A DNA stretch of 64,000 nt from Paraspadella gotoi (GCA_051294375.1 CM119264.1:3970699-4034698), one strand, 5' to 3'; shown: positions 15,644 to 29,700, numbered from the stretch's first letter. Notes: generated by a model from the sequence alone, not told the origin. Made by a program: numbers and translations.

Positions 15644-16395
15644 AAGAGAGAGTGAGAGAAAAGAGAGAGAGATAGAAGAAAGAAAGAAAAGAGAAAAAGA
15701 AAAAGAAAGACAGAACGAAAGAAAGAAAGAAAGAAGACAGAAAGAAGAAAAAGGAAAGTCCAATAAGCAGTAACTTTTATTATTTCGTCTTTTAAATTCA
15801 TTTTAAAATAAATTTTAAAAAAATTCGAATAATGCCGCAAGGGTCTCGTCTTCGCACCGGCACCTGCCACGATTTTCCCGATCGGCGCCGCAATGGTGGC
15901 GTGATTCGTGGCGGACGTCTCGGTTTTTTTTCGTCCCTGAACTTTTCAAACCCGTCCTCGCCTCCCTCCGCCCCCTCCCCCTTGGCCTACGCCCCTCCGC
16001 CCCCTCGCCCTGGGCTCCTCCCCCCCCTCCGCCCCTCTCCGCCCCATCGCCCCCCTCGACTCGGTTCCGGGAATGAAAAAACCTTCCATTTCTTTCGTCT
16101 CTTATTAGAAACCATAAATCCAGAAGCGAATGTCCATTTCCCTCTTTCCAGCAAACAAGCGAGAACGTTAAACCGAGGCTCGGGTTACTTTCGGTCTCTC
16201 TATCTGTCTGTCAGTCTTGTCTGTCTTTGTTCCTGCTTTCTGCGTGTCTTTCGTCTGTTAGCTGTATGTTTGTCTGTCTTTTTCGTCTGTGACTTTGTGT
16301 TGTCTGTCTGTTTTTAGTTATTGTTTCTTTTTATATATCTGTCTGTTCTATCTGTCTGTATCGTTGGTCATGTCTAACTATCAGCCTCCTCTCTC

Positions 16396-16445
<50 letters not shown>

Positions 16446-16476
16446 TTCTTCTCTCTCTCTCTCCTTCTTCCTCTCA

Positions 16477-16507
<31 letters not shown>

Positions 16508-16671
16508 ACTCTCTCATCGCAATTACAAAAGAGTTGATGACTTTTCCCAACCGGACGTAACAACAAGTCGAAGAATGCTTTAGGTCCTCGCGACATATTT
16601 TCGCCTTATTTTCTCCCCCGAGTTTTGTAGTTTTTTGCTTCTCGTTTGGCGATAGAGAGAGAGAGAGAGAC

Positions 16672-16723
<52 letters not shown>

Positions 16724-17982
16724 TAGCCAAACCTCCTCGCTCAAGGAAAAAATACAAATAAAAAAAGGAGACACAGACCGCAGCGCCACGTCGCGCCAGG
16801 TACGAAAACGATTGAATAAAATGGAAAAAAATAAGCAAAACAGAATGACGACGACGACGAAGACGACGACGACCACGATGCCTAATGACGTGCGCCAATC
16901 TGTCCCCCACTAATGAGGGTGTCGGGACGCCGTAGCCTCGTTCATCACAACGCCGCGTTCCCACNNNNNNNNNNNNNNNNNNNNNNNNNNNNNNNNNNNN
17001 NNNNNNNNNNNNNNNNNNNNNNNNNNNNNNNNNNNNNNNNNNNNNNNNNNNNNNNNNNNNNNNNNNNNNNNNNNNNNNNNNNNNNNNNNNNNNNNNNNNN
17101 NNNNNNNNNNNNNNNNNNNNNNNNNNNNNNNNNNNNNNNNNNNNNNNNNNNNNNNNNNNNNNNNNNNNNNNNNNNNNNNNNNNNNNNNNNNNNNNNNNNN
17201 NNNNNNNNNNNNNNNNNNNNNNNGAGAGTGAGAGAGAGAGTGTGTGTTTTTTTCCGCGAGGCTTGCTCCATTGGAACACTCCAACAGTAGTTTTTTTTTT
17301 GTTTTTCATCCTTCGTTGTTGTTTCGATGGGTTAATCGCTTTGTTTAAGATCGCCTCCGTTTTGTTGTTGTTGTCATGATTGTTGTTGTTGTTGTTTGCC
17401 CCGATCGGCTCTAATCGCCTCCCGGGTCGACGGTTCATGACTAAAACATAAAAGGCAAGTGAGCGAGAGTGGGAAGAAAACAAAGGCAAAGGGGATTCTA
17501 TTTATAGATTAGAAAGAAAAGGAAGGAGGAAAGGAGAAAGAGAGAAGAAGGAAAAGGAGGAAGAGAGAAAATAGAAGAAAAATAGGAAAGAAAAGAGAGG
17601 AAAGGAGGAAGAGAGAAAAAACAAAAGAAAAAAGTATGTAGAGATATCAGGCAAAATAAGAAATACTGGGAAGGTAGAGAAGCAATGCAGAAAAAATATT
17701 CTTTATAGATAAGAAAGGAAAGAGAGGAAGGAAGAAGAAAAATGAAGGAAGGAAGGAAGGGAAAAGGAAGGTCGAAGAGAATGATGGAAGAAAAATAGCT
17801 TTAAAATTAATATAATTAAAAATAAAAGCAAAAAAAAAAAAAGAATCGAAATTCAAACCATAAAATGTCTCGCGATTCGGATGGCAAAACTCTTTTGAGG
17901 CTTAATTCTGCCCAACTGGCACGCTAGCACATTGATTCACCTCTCGATGGCAACAGTCGACGCAAAGGAATATCCGTTTCAC

Positions 17983-18088
<106 letters not shown>

Positions 18089-18339
18089 TTCCCACGGCAT
18101 CGATCGATCCCATTTGTTTACTATTACATTTCGCCGATCGATTCGCCTCCGGTTCGAGTTGAGCACGGATCGTCGGATCTCGGCTTCTCCCCGTATTTGT
18201 TTATTTACTTGTTTTTATTGGATTTGATGTCGCGCATTTCGATTCCATTCCTCGCAAACGTCCGTCAATCTGTCCACCGACTCGAGAAGACATCCATATA
18301 ATAATAATAATAATAAATCTCTCCTTTTTATACTTTAAT

Positions 18340-18700
18340 ATGGCGAATATTACGGAAATGACGAAAAAATCTGCGACGTTCTTTCGCTCACTCTTCGCTC
18401 TGTCTCTCTCTCTATCTTTTCTCCTTCTCTGTCTCGCTTCTACTTCCGAGGCAACGGCCTTCGAAGCGGACACCATCGCCACGGACCGCGATAACGGTTC
18501 CGAGTTTAGCGTCAACGTCGACAGCGATTGTAGTCTTCGAGAAAACGCAAATGGCATAGGAGCCAACGGAAGTGGCCAAGTCCCGGATGTAATGGCGATT
18601 TGCAGTTCGAATCTGACGGTGACTTTGGCGTTTTACATTTTAAAAGCGGACGCAGAGAAAAAGAGAGAGGGCGCTGTGAAAAGTCTGAAAGATCTCGAAG
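18340..18700 (+). CDS. Divergent ionotropic receptor (iGluR/IR-like), exon 1: signal peptide and short N-terminal region
   Basis: ATG at 18340; hydrophobic leader FFRSLFALSLSLSFLLLCLASTSEA; several NxS/T sequons; donor GAAG|GTGAG after 18700 (phase 1) matches the phase-1 acceptor at 18848. Confidence 0.7.
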
Positions 18701-18847
18701 GTGAGACAAAAACAAAAGACGTTTTGTAAAAAGCATAAGAATTTAAAAGTTGATAGCGGAGAAAGCAAAGAAAAAGAAACTCAATAAAACAAATCATAAT
18801 AAAAACTAAGAAATACAAATACAAATAATACATACATACATATGCAG

Positions 18848-19020
18848 GCAACAGCGTCAATATTTGGCGCGAATTTTTCGACTTTTGTCCACTGCGCCAT
18901 CGCCTCTTCAATATTTCCTTGGAAAATGGCGCCCTAAATCTGAGTCACATTTTCGCGGCGTCGTCTGGCGTCGATGCTCTTCTCAACGGAATCGAACTTT
19001 CGTCTCATAATTTTCGTTGG
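18848..19020 (+). CDS. iGluR/IR-like gene, exon 2 (S1 ligand-binding lobe region)
   Basis: Acceptor TATGCAG|GC; open frame GNSVNIWREFFDFCPLRHRLFNISLENGALNLSHIFAASSGVDALLNGIELSSHNFRW; donor TGG|GTGAAG. VDALLNGIEL..R resembles the S1 'D...a.l.it.eR' segment. Confidence 0.65.
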
Positions 19021-19387
19021 GTGAAGTTTGAATGTTGTTTAATGTTCATAATGATGTTTATAAGTATTACNNNNNNNNNNNNNNNNNNNNNNNNNNNNNN
19101 NNNNNNNNNNNNNNNNNNNNNNNNNNNNNNNNNNNNNNNNNNNNNNNNNNNNNNNNNNNNNNNNNNNNNNNNNNNNNNNNNNNNNNNNNNNNNNNNNNNN
19201 NNNNNNNNNNNNNNNNNNNNNNNNNNNNNNNNNNNNNNNNNNNNNNNNNNNNNNNNNNNNNNNNNNNNNNNNNNNNNNNNNNNNNNNNNNNNNNNNNNNN
19301 NNNNNNNNNNNNNNNNNNNNNNNNNNNNNNNNNNNNNNNNNNNNNNNNNNNNNNNNNNNNNNNNNNNNNNNNNNNNNNNNNNNNNNN

Positions 19388-19994
19388 TTTTTCACCAAAT
19401 TTCTTTCCTGGCACCAATGGGCATGCGGGATCGCTCTCGTAGGATTCGGTGCTGCCTCGGCCTGGCTCGTCGCTGCGTCCGAAGCGGCGTCCTGCGTCGA
19501 CGCCGCCTCTCGCGTTTCTCGCTCGACCGGCGCCGTTCGTTCCTTCGCTCTTCTCCTCTTCGGCGCCGGCGTTGACGACGCTGAATCCTCGACGGCGTCG
19601 TGGGCGTTGACGATGACGTGGGCGGCGTCGGCCTTTGGCTTCTCCGTCCTCTTCTCGGCCCACATTTCGTCCGGGATGACGGTGGACAAGATCGTGGGGA
19701 ATATGAAGACGCTGGACGATCTTCTCCAAAGTCGCGCCACCTTCTTTTGGCTGAAGCATCATAAGAACATCAATCACTCTCTCGTTGCGGAGCTGAGGGA
19801 GAGATACGAGAAATTCAAGACGCCGAAGATGGAGAAATACGAGTCGCTGGAGCCGGAGAAGTGGCCGTCTTTGACAATGGAGCTGCTGGAGGAAGGACAC
19901 GCCCTCGTTACGGTGGCTGGATATTTGGCCTTGCAGTTGAAGATGGAGGATAAGAAAACAAAAATGGATCCAAAGAAATTTGATGAGTCGAAAG
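19388..19994 (+). CDS. iGluR/IR-like gene, exon 3 (5' part in gap): M1, pore loop, M3, start of S2
   Basis: Uninterrupted frame from the gap edge: FFTKFLSWHQWACGIALVGFGAASAWLV (M1-like), SFALLLFGAG (M2-like), SSTASWALTMTWAASAFGFSVLFSAHISSGMTV (aligns to WW.F.LI..SSYTANLAAFLTV), MKTLDDLL (I.sleDL motif); donor AAAG|GTAAGG. Confidence 0.8.
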
Positions 19995-21625
19995 GTAAGG
20001 ANNNNNNNNNNNNNNNNNNNNNNNNNNNNNNNNNNNNNNNNNNNNNNNNNNNNNNNNNNNNNNNNNNNNNNNNNNNNNNNNNNNNNNNNNNNNNNNNNNN
20101 NNNNNNNNNNNNNNNNNNNNNNNNNNNNNNNNNNNNNNNNNNNNNNNNNNNNNNNNNNNNNNNNNNNNNNNNNNNNNNNNNNNNNNNNNNNNNNNNNNNN
20201 NNNNNNNNNNNNNNNNNNNNNNNNNNNNNNNNNNNNNNNNNNNNNNNNNNNNNNNNNNNNNNNNNNNNNNNNNNNNNNNNNNNNNNNNNNNNNNNNNNNN
20301 NNNNCAAGATAAAGATCACATCTTATTCTTAAGTTATTTAAATTAAATAAAATTTATAAAATTTATTTCAGGCTCAAAAGACAACGTCGATTATAATACC
20401 TTATAATCGCTTATAAAATAGACAATTTACAAAATAATAATGAAAANNNNNNNNNNNNNNNNNNNNNNNNNNNNNNNNNNNNNNNNNNNNNNNNNNNNNN
20501 NNNNNNNNNNNNNNNNNNNNNNNNNNNNNNNNNNNNNNNNNNNNNNNNNNNNNNNNNNNNNNNNNNNNNNNNNNNNNNNNNNNNNNNNNNNNNNNNNNNN
20601 NNNNNNNNNNNNNNNNNNNNNNNNNNNNNNNNNNNNNNNNNNNNNNNNNNNNNNNNNNNNNNNNNNNNNNNNNNNNNNNNNNNNNNNNNNNNNNNNNNNN
20701 NNNNNNNNNNNNNNNNNNNNNNNNNNNNNNNNNNNNNNNNNNNNNNNNNNNNNNNNNNNNNNNNNNNNNNNNNNNNNNNNNNNNNNNNNNNNNNNNNNNN
20801 NNNNNNNNNNNNNNNNNNNNNNNNNNNNNNNNNNNNNNNNNNNNNNNNNNNNNNNNNNNNNNNNNNNNNNNNNNNNNNNNNNNNNNNNNNNNNNNNNNNN
20901 NNNNNNNNNNNNNNNNNNNNNNNNNNNNNNNNNNNNNNNNNNNNNNNNNNNNNNNNNNNNNNNNNNNNNNNNNNNNNNNNNNNNNNNNNNNNNNNNNNNN
21001 NNNNNNNNNNNNNNNNNNNNNNNNNNNNNNNNNNNNNNNNNNNNNNNNNNNNNNNNNNNNNNNNNNNNNNNNNNNNNNNNNNNNNNNNNNNNNNNNNNNN
21101 NNNNNNNNNNNNNNNNNNNNNNNNNNNNNNNNNNNNNNNNNNNNNNNNNNNNNNNNNNNNNNNNNNNNNNNNNNNNNNNNNNNNNNNNNNNNNNNNNNNN
21201 NNNNNNNNNNNNNNNNNNNNNNNNNNNNNNNNNNNNNNNNNNNNNNNNNNNNNNNNNNNNNNNNNNNNNNNNNGCAGCGAATTCTCATTGATACTCTTCA
21301 ACCTAAAACGGAATTCCTGAGGATTGAACCTGGGAGGCTCGGACGAACGTTTTCTAAAGACGAGATGATTTAGCGGGCTGAACAATTTCGACGAAACGCC
21401 GTACAATCTTTTGTTCTTAAAGAACTCATTTTCAGGAGAAATTTTTGCTTTTGTGGATTGTGATGCAAGTAACTTTTCGAACAATAGCGAACTAAGAGCA
21501 AAAACAAAAAAACAAAGGTTTTTAAAAAAAATATTTTAATGAGAGCAACAGTCATTAATAATCAATGAGACGAAACGCACACAAACAGACCAACACACTT
21601 TGCCATTCCAACATGGCGTCGCTGC

Positions 21626-21639
21626 GTCGCCATGGCAAC
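21626..21639. promoter_or_regulatory. Candidate RFX X-box
   Basis: GTCGCCATGGCAAC matches GTYNCY-AT-RGNAAC; a YY1-like CAACATGGCG lies ~10 nt upstream. Confidence 0.35.
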
Positions 21640-22478
21640 GACCTTCGTCACGTCTTCCTCTTCCCAACGCAATTTAAATTTTCCCGCAAAATCGCAACGT
21701 AAACAAACTTTTTTTTTTTAAAAGTCAGCGAAAAAAAAAATGAGAAGACAAAAGGCGTTAGAGAGTTTACTGTTAAAGTTGATAAGGGGAAGGGAGGAGG
21801 AGGAGGAAGAGGAGGAGGAGGAGGAGGAAGAGGAGGAGGAAGAGAAGGAAGAGCAGGGGAGGCGGAAGAATTGAAGGAAAGGAGAAAGCCCTAATGCGAC
21901 ATTGCACGATACCCGACGGCGTGAGGGATATTTTGAGCCTCTCGAAACTTGAGTGGCGGAAATTCGTGGATGAGCCGGCGCCACGATTCTGCGACGTCAA
22001 GCGTCTGGGAGGAGATGAATAGAACCGGAGCGAATGTGAAATGCTTTTTCATATCGCAATAACACAACGGAGCAAATCCCTTCGATAACGAGGTACAACC
22101 ATTAGTAGAAAGATGTAACGGCAACGAATTTTGAGCCTGGTTCAATGTTTTATCTTTTATATATAAACGTTTAAAATGAATAAAGAGAGATCATAAACTC
22201 AAAAATAAATTAGATGAATAAAAAAGAAAAAAAAGAAAAGAAGAAGCCATTGAAGAGATGACGTCATTAGTGAAGAAGAAAATGAATTTCCATTTANNNN
22301 NNNNNNNNNNNNNNNNNNNNNGAAAGTAAGCTAAAACTGGTTCCCTTGTTCATAAATAGGTGCTCGAGACCTTATACTTGCCCCCTCCAGTCTTCCTCTC
22401 TCTTCTGCTACCTAATTTTTCTTTGAACATAAGCCAAATGATCCTATTAAAATAGATCCCTGGACCTATTTCGGAATT

Positions 22479-22479
<1 letters not shown>

Positions 22480-22517
<38 letters not shown>

Positions 22518-23760
22518 CGTTTAAATGGACTCACATAAAATATTATGAACTAATTCATAAGAAACTATAAATACAAAACAAATACAAATACAAGAACGTT
22601 CAAAATTCAATTTTAAACCAAAAAATATGGAAACAAGACAAAAAACAAAAATAATAAAGCATAACGAAAAACAACGTTATAAAACAAGAAACAAAATAAA
22701 AATAATATAAGCATTAAATGAAATATAATTAGATAAAATGTATTGTAAGTATAAAGTCGTAGTAAGGGCAGATAAAGGGCAGTAAACGAAAACATAGGAT
22801 TTTTTTTTTATAAAAAAATTAATTGTTTAATGTAAAAAACAAAAATGTCTAGTATATTTATAAAAGTGATTATGCGATAAGTGTCAAGGGATTTATTTTA
22901 TGAACATTCATTATAATAAGATCAATTTGTTATATTACAATGTGTATGTATGGGACAAGATGGGCACAATGCTAATAATATGAAATACAAAAAACTACAT
23001 CAATTATATACATATACTACTACATATAATTACACACATTACACATATACATACATATATATATAAGCACACAAAATCAACAGAGAAGAACCTTATAAAA
23101 ACTAAAGAGCGCTAATAAAAACAAAGAGACAAAAGAGACGCAAAAACGAAATGAGATGCTAACAAAGAGACGCTAAAAACGAAATGAGTATATCACTGTA
23201 TCACGTATCACGCTAATAAAACAAAGAAAATAAAAAATAAAGAGACGCTATGAAAAATAATGATAATAATAATAAAACAAATGCATGTAAACATTACCAC
23301 ATAAAAATAAACATGTGGTCCCACAATACCCATACGAGCGACCCTCATGATTAAATATAGTTCCAATAGCCAATTTTTAACCCGTTTTATTAGTTTCCCC
23401 ACTCTATCAGTCCATCCCTCATTAATGTACACCAGTACAATTATTTCAATAAGATTCGTTTTTAAACTATTCCCAATCTGCCACTTAATTGGCCACCCAA
23501 TATCTTGTTCTAATAACCTTCTCAAATGAAATAACAAAATTTTCCACAGTCTTCAGTCTTTCAGTCTTTCGTCTTTTACATATGGAAATTTTTTCAATTT
23601 TTTTGCAATGCAATGGCTATAGTGGTATAGGAAAAGAGAATAGAAATGTAGTATTTGCAAGAAAGACATTTGTATTTTTATTTTATTATACAGATTCATT
23701 AAAGAAAGAAAAGAAGAAAAATATTGAGAAATTCCCATAATTATGATACAGTCCAATTAT
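22480..23760 (-). mobile_element. Possible 3' end of a non-LTR retrotransposon (poly-A tail, AT-rich UTR, degraded ORF end)
   Basis: About 38 T on + at 22480-22517; frameshifted minus-strand peptide such as ENFVISFEKVIRTRYWVA near 23480-23550. Weak, and inside noisy sequence. Confidence 0.25.
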
Positions 23761-26700
23761 AGAGTAACATATGTAAATAATTTTTTCGTTTCTTTGTGTT
23801 AAAATCATTTTATACATCTATATACAATTTATTAATAAAAAATTCGTACATAGTGACACTGCATCGTCGTAAGAAGTTATACGTCGTTTACTATACGCAT
23901 CTCGCCGACATATGACTAGATACTGTAGATCTTTATCCTAATAGAATTGTGGAGTCGCTAACTGCAATGGTGGCGTGATTCTCTCGCTATGTGCTCGGCG
24001 GTACTTCTACTGAGTATTTGGATATTATAGCGTCGCCTAAACATTTACACAAAACCCTCAATCAATACCTCTTACACGCCCCTCTATAACTCCCACCAAC
24101 CTTGGGGTCCACTAACCATAACGCTCCTCTAGCTACCGTCTCAAATGAGAAGCCATATCTTAATACAATCTTCCACTCTACTCTCGATCGTGTCAGCGAG
24201 CTCCTTCTGTGTCCCTAACCGCCTCTCTCATCCCTTCACTCGCACCCTCTACTGTCTCCTCACATTAATTTTATCTTTCAATAAAACGGTGTAAGTCCCA
24301 GCCTCAAACCCTATGAAAGGCTGTCCTAGTGAGTTGTTATCTATAAAATCAGCGTGACGCCGACGGACGACGACTAACGTCACAAAGGCAAGGCGATTAC
24401 ATAAATGATGATATAAAATAGAGTCAGCGCCACCCGCAACTCGACCTGTGTTCCTGGTCTCGATAATAATACTAGTGCGCTTCTAGCCCATTCTTTATAA
24501 ATCATTTTGGTTCATTTCGTAGAGTTAAAGTTTTTTCAGAAATTTTGAAGTTTCATTGTGAAGTTTTCCTTCAAATCAAACTTCAGACCGCACCCATTGA
24601 CAAGAGTTCTGGTGCTAACTTATAGTCTCGGTAATAGTTTTGGCTAAGTAATATATTAGTTACAAGACCCTGCATAAAGCGACGGCAGAACCGTGTGTAC
24701 TGGCCCGCAGTCGCAGAATGAAACCGGCTAGACCTTAACCACATCCAATCTACTAGCTCACCCCTCCGATTTATACCTTTCAATTTTATTGTTTATCTCT
24801 TATTAATCCATTCGCGACAAACTCTTTCGATTGAACTCGTTCACTAATATACTGCCCCGTTAAACGCACGCTGGGCGATCTCTCAGATCTAAGCTCTTCG
24901 GTCTCTCATCCTCTCTGTGTATCTGTGCCATTCGTGTGTGTCTTTTCTGCCCTGGCTGCGTCTTCTGCGTGTCTATTTGTTCGTAGCTCGTGTCTTAGTC
25001 GTAGTCTGTCTTATGTCTGCTCTGTTCTGTCTTATTCGTATACTTGTGGACTGTGTTTTCTCTCCTCTGGTCTCTGTTTTAGTTCATCTTTGTTGACTTT
25101 AATGCCAACTTGGTGGGTAGTTATAATTCTCCCCCGCGTACATATCTAGTGATCTAGATATATGTGGTTGGTCTTATTGGATGGCAAACTTATACTGGAG
25201 GCTCTTTCTCATAACTCTGCTCGTCACACATACTCTCTCGGCTTTCGTCGCTCTCGTGGTGCTGGCCTCTGGTGCATCTCGAAATTTACCAAATAGCATA
25301 ATATGTCTCTACAGATTATTACATCTCTCATTACTCTTGTATCTTACTTCATCTCATTGCTGTCATAACATGATACTTATACTGCAATTAGTCTTTCGTC
25401 GTGCTATGCGTTGTCTAATGCATCATCAATACTCGCTCTCTCCTCTTCACTTCTTCGTCTCGTCAAGTAGGTGCCGATAAAAGTCGAAAAATATAATCCG
25501 CTAAATAGCAACTTCTCTCAGAAAGTATATATAGTGTGAAGTCATTAACCCCTCAATATATAAACCAAAAAAACAACACATAAATAAACAATCGTTTGGA
25601 AGAATAAATTAGCCGCAGTTTGGTCGAGAGTCTCATAAAGGATCTCTGCTCGATCGAAAGGAAATCGCCGCTGCTGATAAGACAGAACCAGAACGTGTGA
25701 AGGTCCAGGAGTCCGGCGTCCCGTATCTTATGTGAGCTTTAGTCTGGCCAGCTCGACCAGATTAAATATGATTTCGACCTATTATATCTACCCTCCGTTC
25801 GCTCATTTTGATGACGCGTAAGATTTTTTGCGTCCTTCCTGATCAATATCCTAGTACCCTTGCACAATCCATAATCATATCATAGTAATGGTTGAGCAAG
25901 TATGAGCTTTCCTTGACGTAAATGAAATTGAGGTATTGCTGGTGAGATGGAAACTATGGCAATGTAAAAGAACTCGATGTAGATTGTGAGACGCAGATCC
26001 TGGGTTGGCAGGCTGAGGAAGGGGCATTCGCATTTGTTTATTCTCTTGTCAAAGTCAGGATACAGAGGACATCTGTAGATAAGTGACGAAGAAGAGAACA
26101 AGAGGCAGAACAAAAGCAGAGTGAGAGCTCGCTTTCTTGAGAGTGAGACCAAGACACATGCGTCGACCACTATAGGTATCCGAATCTCTATTATCAAAAA
26201 GTATTTAATAGAAAACTGTATTAAATAAAAATATAGAAGGTGATATGGCGACCCAGACGTCATTGTCGTTTTCCAATCTTGTGATCGTACAGCATCACAA
26301 AGTTGTAACAGAAAAATTCGCAATTACTGAAATGGGTCTATAGAAGAAGAATAATTAAAGCTCAGGAACACATGCCATGTAATTGACAGCAAAATCGGAA
26401 GCGTACGTGGATAAGCCAATCTGTTAGCAGAATGTCCATCTGTCGAGCGGATGGTCTCGCGCAAGGGCCTAAGCTCAAAATTTTCTTTACTCCCTATACA
26501 TTTTGTTTTTGGTACGTGATCGCTGCCTTGTATGATTCTCATTGACTGATCAGTGGCGGAAAGTGAAACCTCGTAGTCCAGAGTTTGTGATAAATCGTCT
26601 ACTGTATTAGTAACCAGTAACAAGTAAAAAGATGAATCTAAACGATCGGAGATTCTAAGAGTTGCGTATCCGCGAGGGTCAGATTACAGGTTGCATGAAT

Positions 26701-29700
26701 CTCTTCCTCTGTGGCAACAGACCTGTGTGCCACATCGATAATGTCTATACTTTTCCAGACGCTTGTGCTTAAGCTCCTGTGTCTATATTGTGTGATACAC
26801 TCTCTAATTATTGCTAACTTCAATAGATTTAGACATTATTTTTGCCATCATTTCATATTCTCTTGCTGTACAAAAGAATACTACTCGTTAAAAATAACTC
26901 TGGAATTCATCAGAAGCTTAGTCTATGAGCAGAGCTCGGTGATTTCTATTTGATCCTGCTAATTATAAACTATGATTTATCTTTTTTCTCTCCATACTGC
27001 TTCTAAATATGAGCCACGCTTTATAAAAAAAAGGATTGGCTATGAGTCCAGCCTATAGTATATCTTACTACTCTAAAATGAACATAGCCAAATCACTGGG
27101 TGAAATTTCTATGCGTCAATATTTATCGGTCAAGCATTATATTCTTTACGTTAGTATAACAATTCTAATGAAAAGGTGATTCTTTGGACTCCTAATTATT
27201 TAAGATGAAACTAAAGAACATAATGATTTAAATTGACTGCCGTGGAAAATGGTCTTTATCGCTCCTCTTGGTGACTACACTTAAAGGCTTAGGCAAAATA
27301 AAAACGGTCGCACACTATATATGTGAAAAACTTTTTGTCAGTATTTTTAACACTATTATTTTTACTCGTCTTGAACCTCTTACTCTATATATTTCTCTCT
27401 CTCTCTGTCTGTCTGCTGCCCTACAATATCTACACCAACTTTTTATCATCAATTTCATCTCTTTGTAGATACATCCTTGCATTCTTTCACCTTGTACCTT
27501 CTATTTGTCTCACCTCTTCTCTATCTCTGCTCCTTCTCTCCTCTTCATCTCATGAATTACATTTTCACCTCTCTGATATATCATTCTTTTCTCTTACTCT
27601 TTATACTAACGTTCTTCCTCTTCTCCCAGTATATTATCGTATACCACTCTTTTCTCGTTACGCTATATTTAATTCACTTTTGCCAACTTAGTTTCTTTCA
27701 TACATTTGCTCTCTACCTCTCTTATCTGTGTTTCTCATTCCAATGTCTATGTGTTTGCTTATTTTATAATACTGTGGTATGTATAAACTCTCTAACTACT
27801 TATTAGTACAATCAATGGATGACTCTCCAATCCTGGGTCCGGACAAAAAGACGGCTCAGCTGGAAGATGTGTGAGAATCGGTTCCAGCAGCCAGCTGCCA
27901 GGCTCTGACAAGACTGACCTAGTGACCACGTCTGCAGCAGAGAAGAGTGGTTCAAGCTTCGCAGCGAATAACAGGATCTCGTCGACTAAGGGTGCGCATT
28001 CCCAAACCCACCCATCGCAGCCAATGAAGACCATACCAAATGAACCAGCTACCAATCTACAATTGCGTGACCACTCATAACTGACAGGCCCTACATTACA
28101 ATGAGGGGGAGGGCACAGCCTCACATTTGCAGCTCTCCTCTTCTTCCTGTTCTATTATTACTTATACACAATTCAAATTGTCCCTTCATTTTCAAATACT
28201 GAACATAGTTAAATTATTCAAGTTAGTTGTTATTAATTTATTACTCCCTACTATCATTTAGTTTATAAATTATTGTTATACATTGTTCATAATGTAAAAG
28301 GGTAATAGATTTAATTATCCTAACTACATTTTTCTTCTCTCACACTTCAATATTCCTTCCTCCTATGTCTCTCTCTATCTACCTATTGTTATCACTTCTC
28401 CTCAATCTCGACTCCGTTTATCCCTCTGCTTCAAAACCCACTCACTCTCTCCATCGTGCTCTTCTCTGACATCTCTCCTTCGCGCTGTCTGCGTGTCTCA
28501 TCTGCGTCACCTTCCTCTCTCGTCTCCTACCTCTCAAGAGCAAGCGTACCTTATTGTGAGATCCGGCACAAGGCGAAATAACTTATTAAGGAGAATTCAG
28601 GAACCGAAGTAGTAAGAATAGAGAGGTATGCTGATGAAGCGAAAGTGATAGATTCAGTTGTAAGCATGAACGACGTCTTATACACTCGGATTAGCTGCAG
28701 AGATGCGGAGAGTCTACTCTTTATATCCGAGAATGGACCTACGTTGTAGATAATAATGAGAGAGGACGCGCTCTCGCGTATTACGCGATACCTCCGCTAT
28801 TGAACGCGAAGAGGAAGTGAAAGAATGAGCAGAGTATAACCAAGTATTCGAGCATGAGAGTGAGCAAGTTAGGTGAGATTACAAGGAAGAGATGAAGAAC
28901 AAATCTGTTGGGTACGAACGTATGATTATACTTAGTATCTAAAGATTTGTTGACTTACTCCTGAGCCGGCCTTATTACATTCATTATAAAAAAAAATCGA
29001 GCAGACATCTTTGAAAGGCGCATAAGTTATTTTCCGCAACAGAGAAGCTGTCAGATATTAGAGGAAAGTGTAATTTCCTGACGCTTCCCATTTCACTAAA
29101 AGACGGCCCCGGGATTTGTCTAAATTTTTCCTTGCAGCGTTTATGCGTGTGTCCTTCATGCTCTTCATCTAGCTATGGAATACTATAACAAATAACGTCA
29201 AAGAAACGAGCTTAGTTTTCAGAATATTTAAACTCTCGCTCCTTTATCGTGATTTTTCTCACATCTACAATATAAATACAGTGCGCTTTATCGCAATATG
29301 TATTGTCTCGCGCTAGCTCTAGAAGTAGTTTAAAGATTTATATGCGTACTATATTAATTAGGTTATATCAAATCCACGCGTGTGATGACGCGTAACCATC
29401 TTTAATAGTTGGTATAGATGTGTGACCATTGATCATATTGTTGTTGTCAAATAGTTGCAGTTGTCCGTTTTAGCTTCACTCTCAGTAGAATCACATCGAG
29501 ATCTTTGGTTGAGATAACGTCCTCCTCTCAGCCTCTCCCATAGTATGTGCTTGTCAGAACTGTTTTGCCTGATCTCTCGTAGAATAGCATAATCACTGGC
29601 CTAAGAGAGATACAGCTGCATCCAATGATATAGAGAGGAGATAGTCTCACGTTCGAACTCTCCGCCTCGATAGGCCATCAGCGCGATAGTAAGAAACGCT

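Noticed and set aside
20401-21291. Long ORFs over N gaps (also near 17.0, 19.1, 60.1, 61.7 and 63.3 kb)
   Set aside because: Their length comes from unknown bases.
27792-28124. Coding-looking GC-balanced patch in the noisy region
   Set aside because: No recognisable motif, stops in most frames, and base accuracy is doubtful.
28631-28650. CTGATGA-AGC-GAAA hammerhead-like core
   Set aside because: No stem II, and it lies in noisy sequence.
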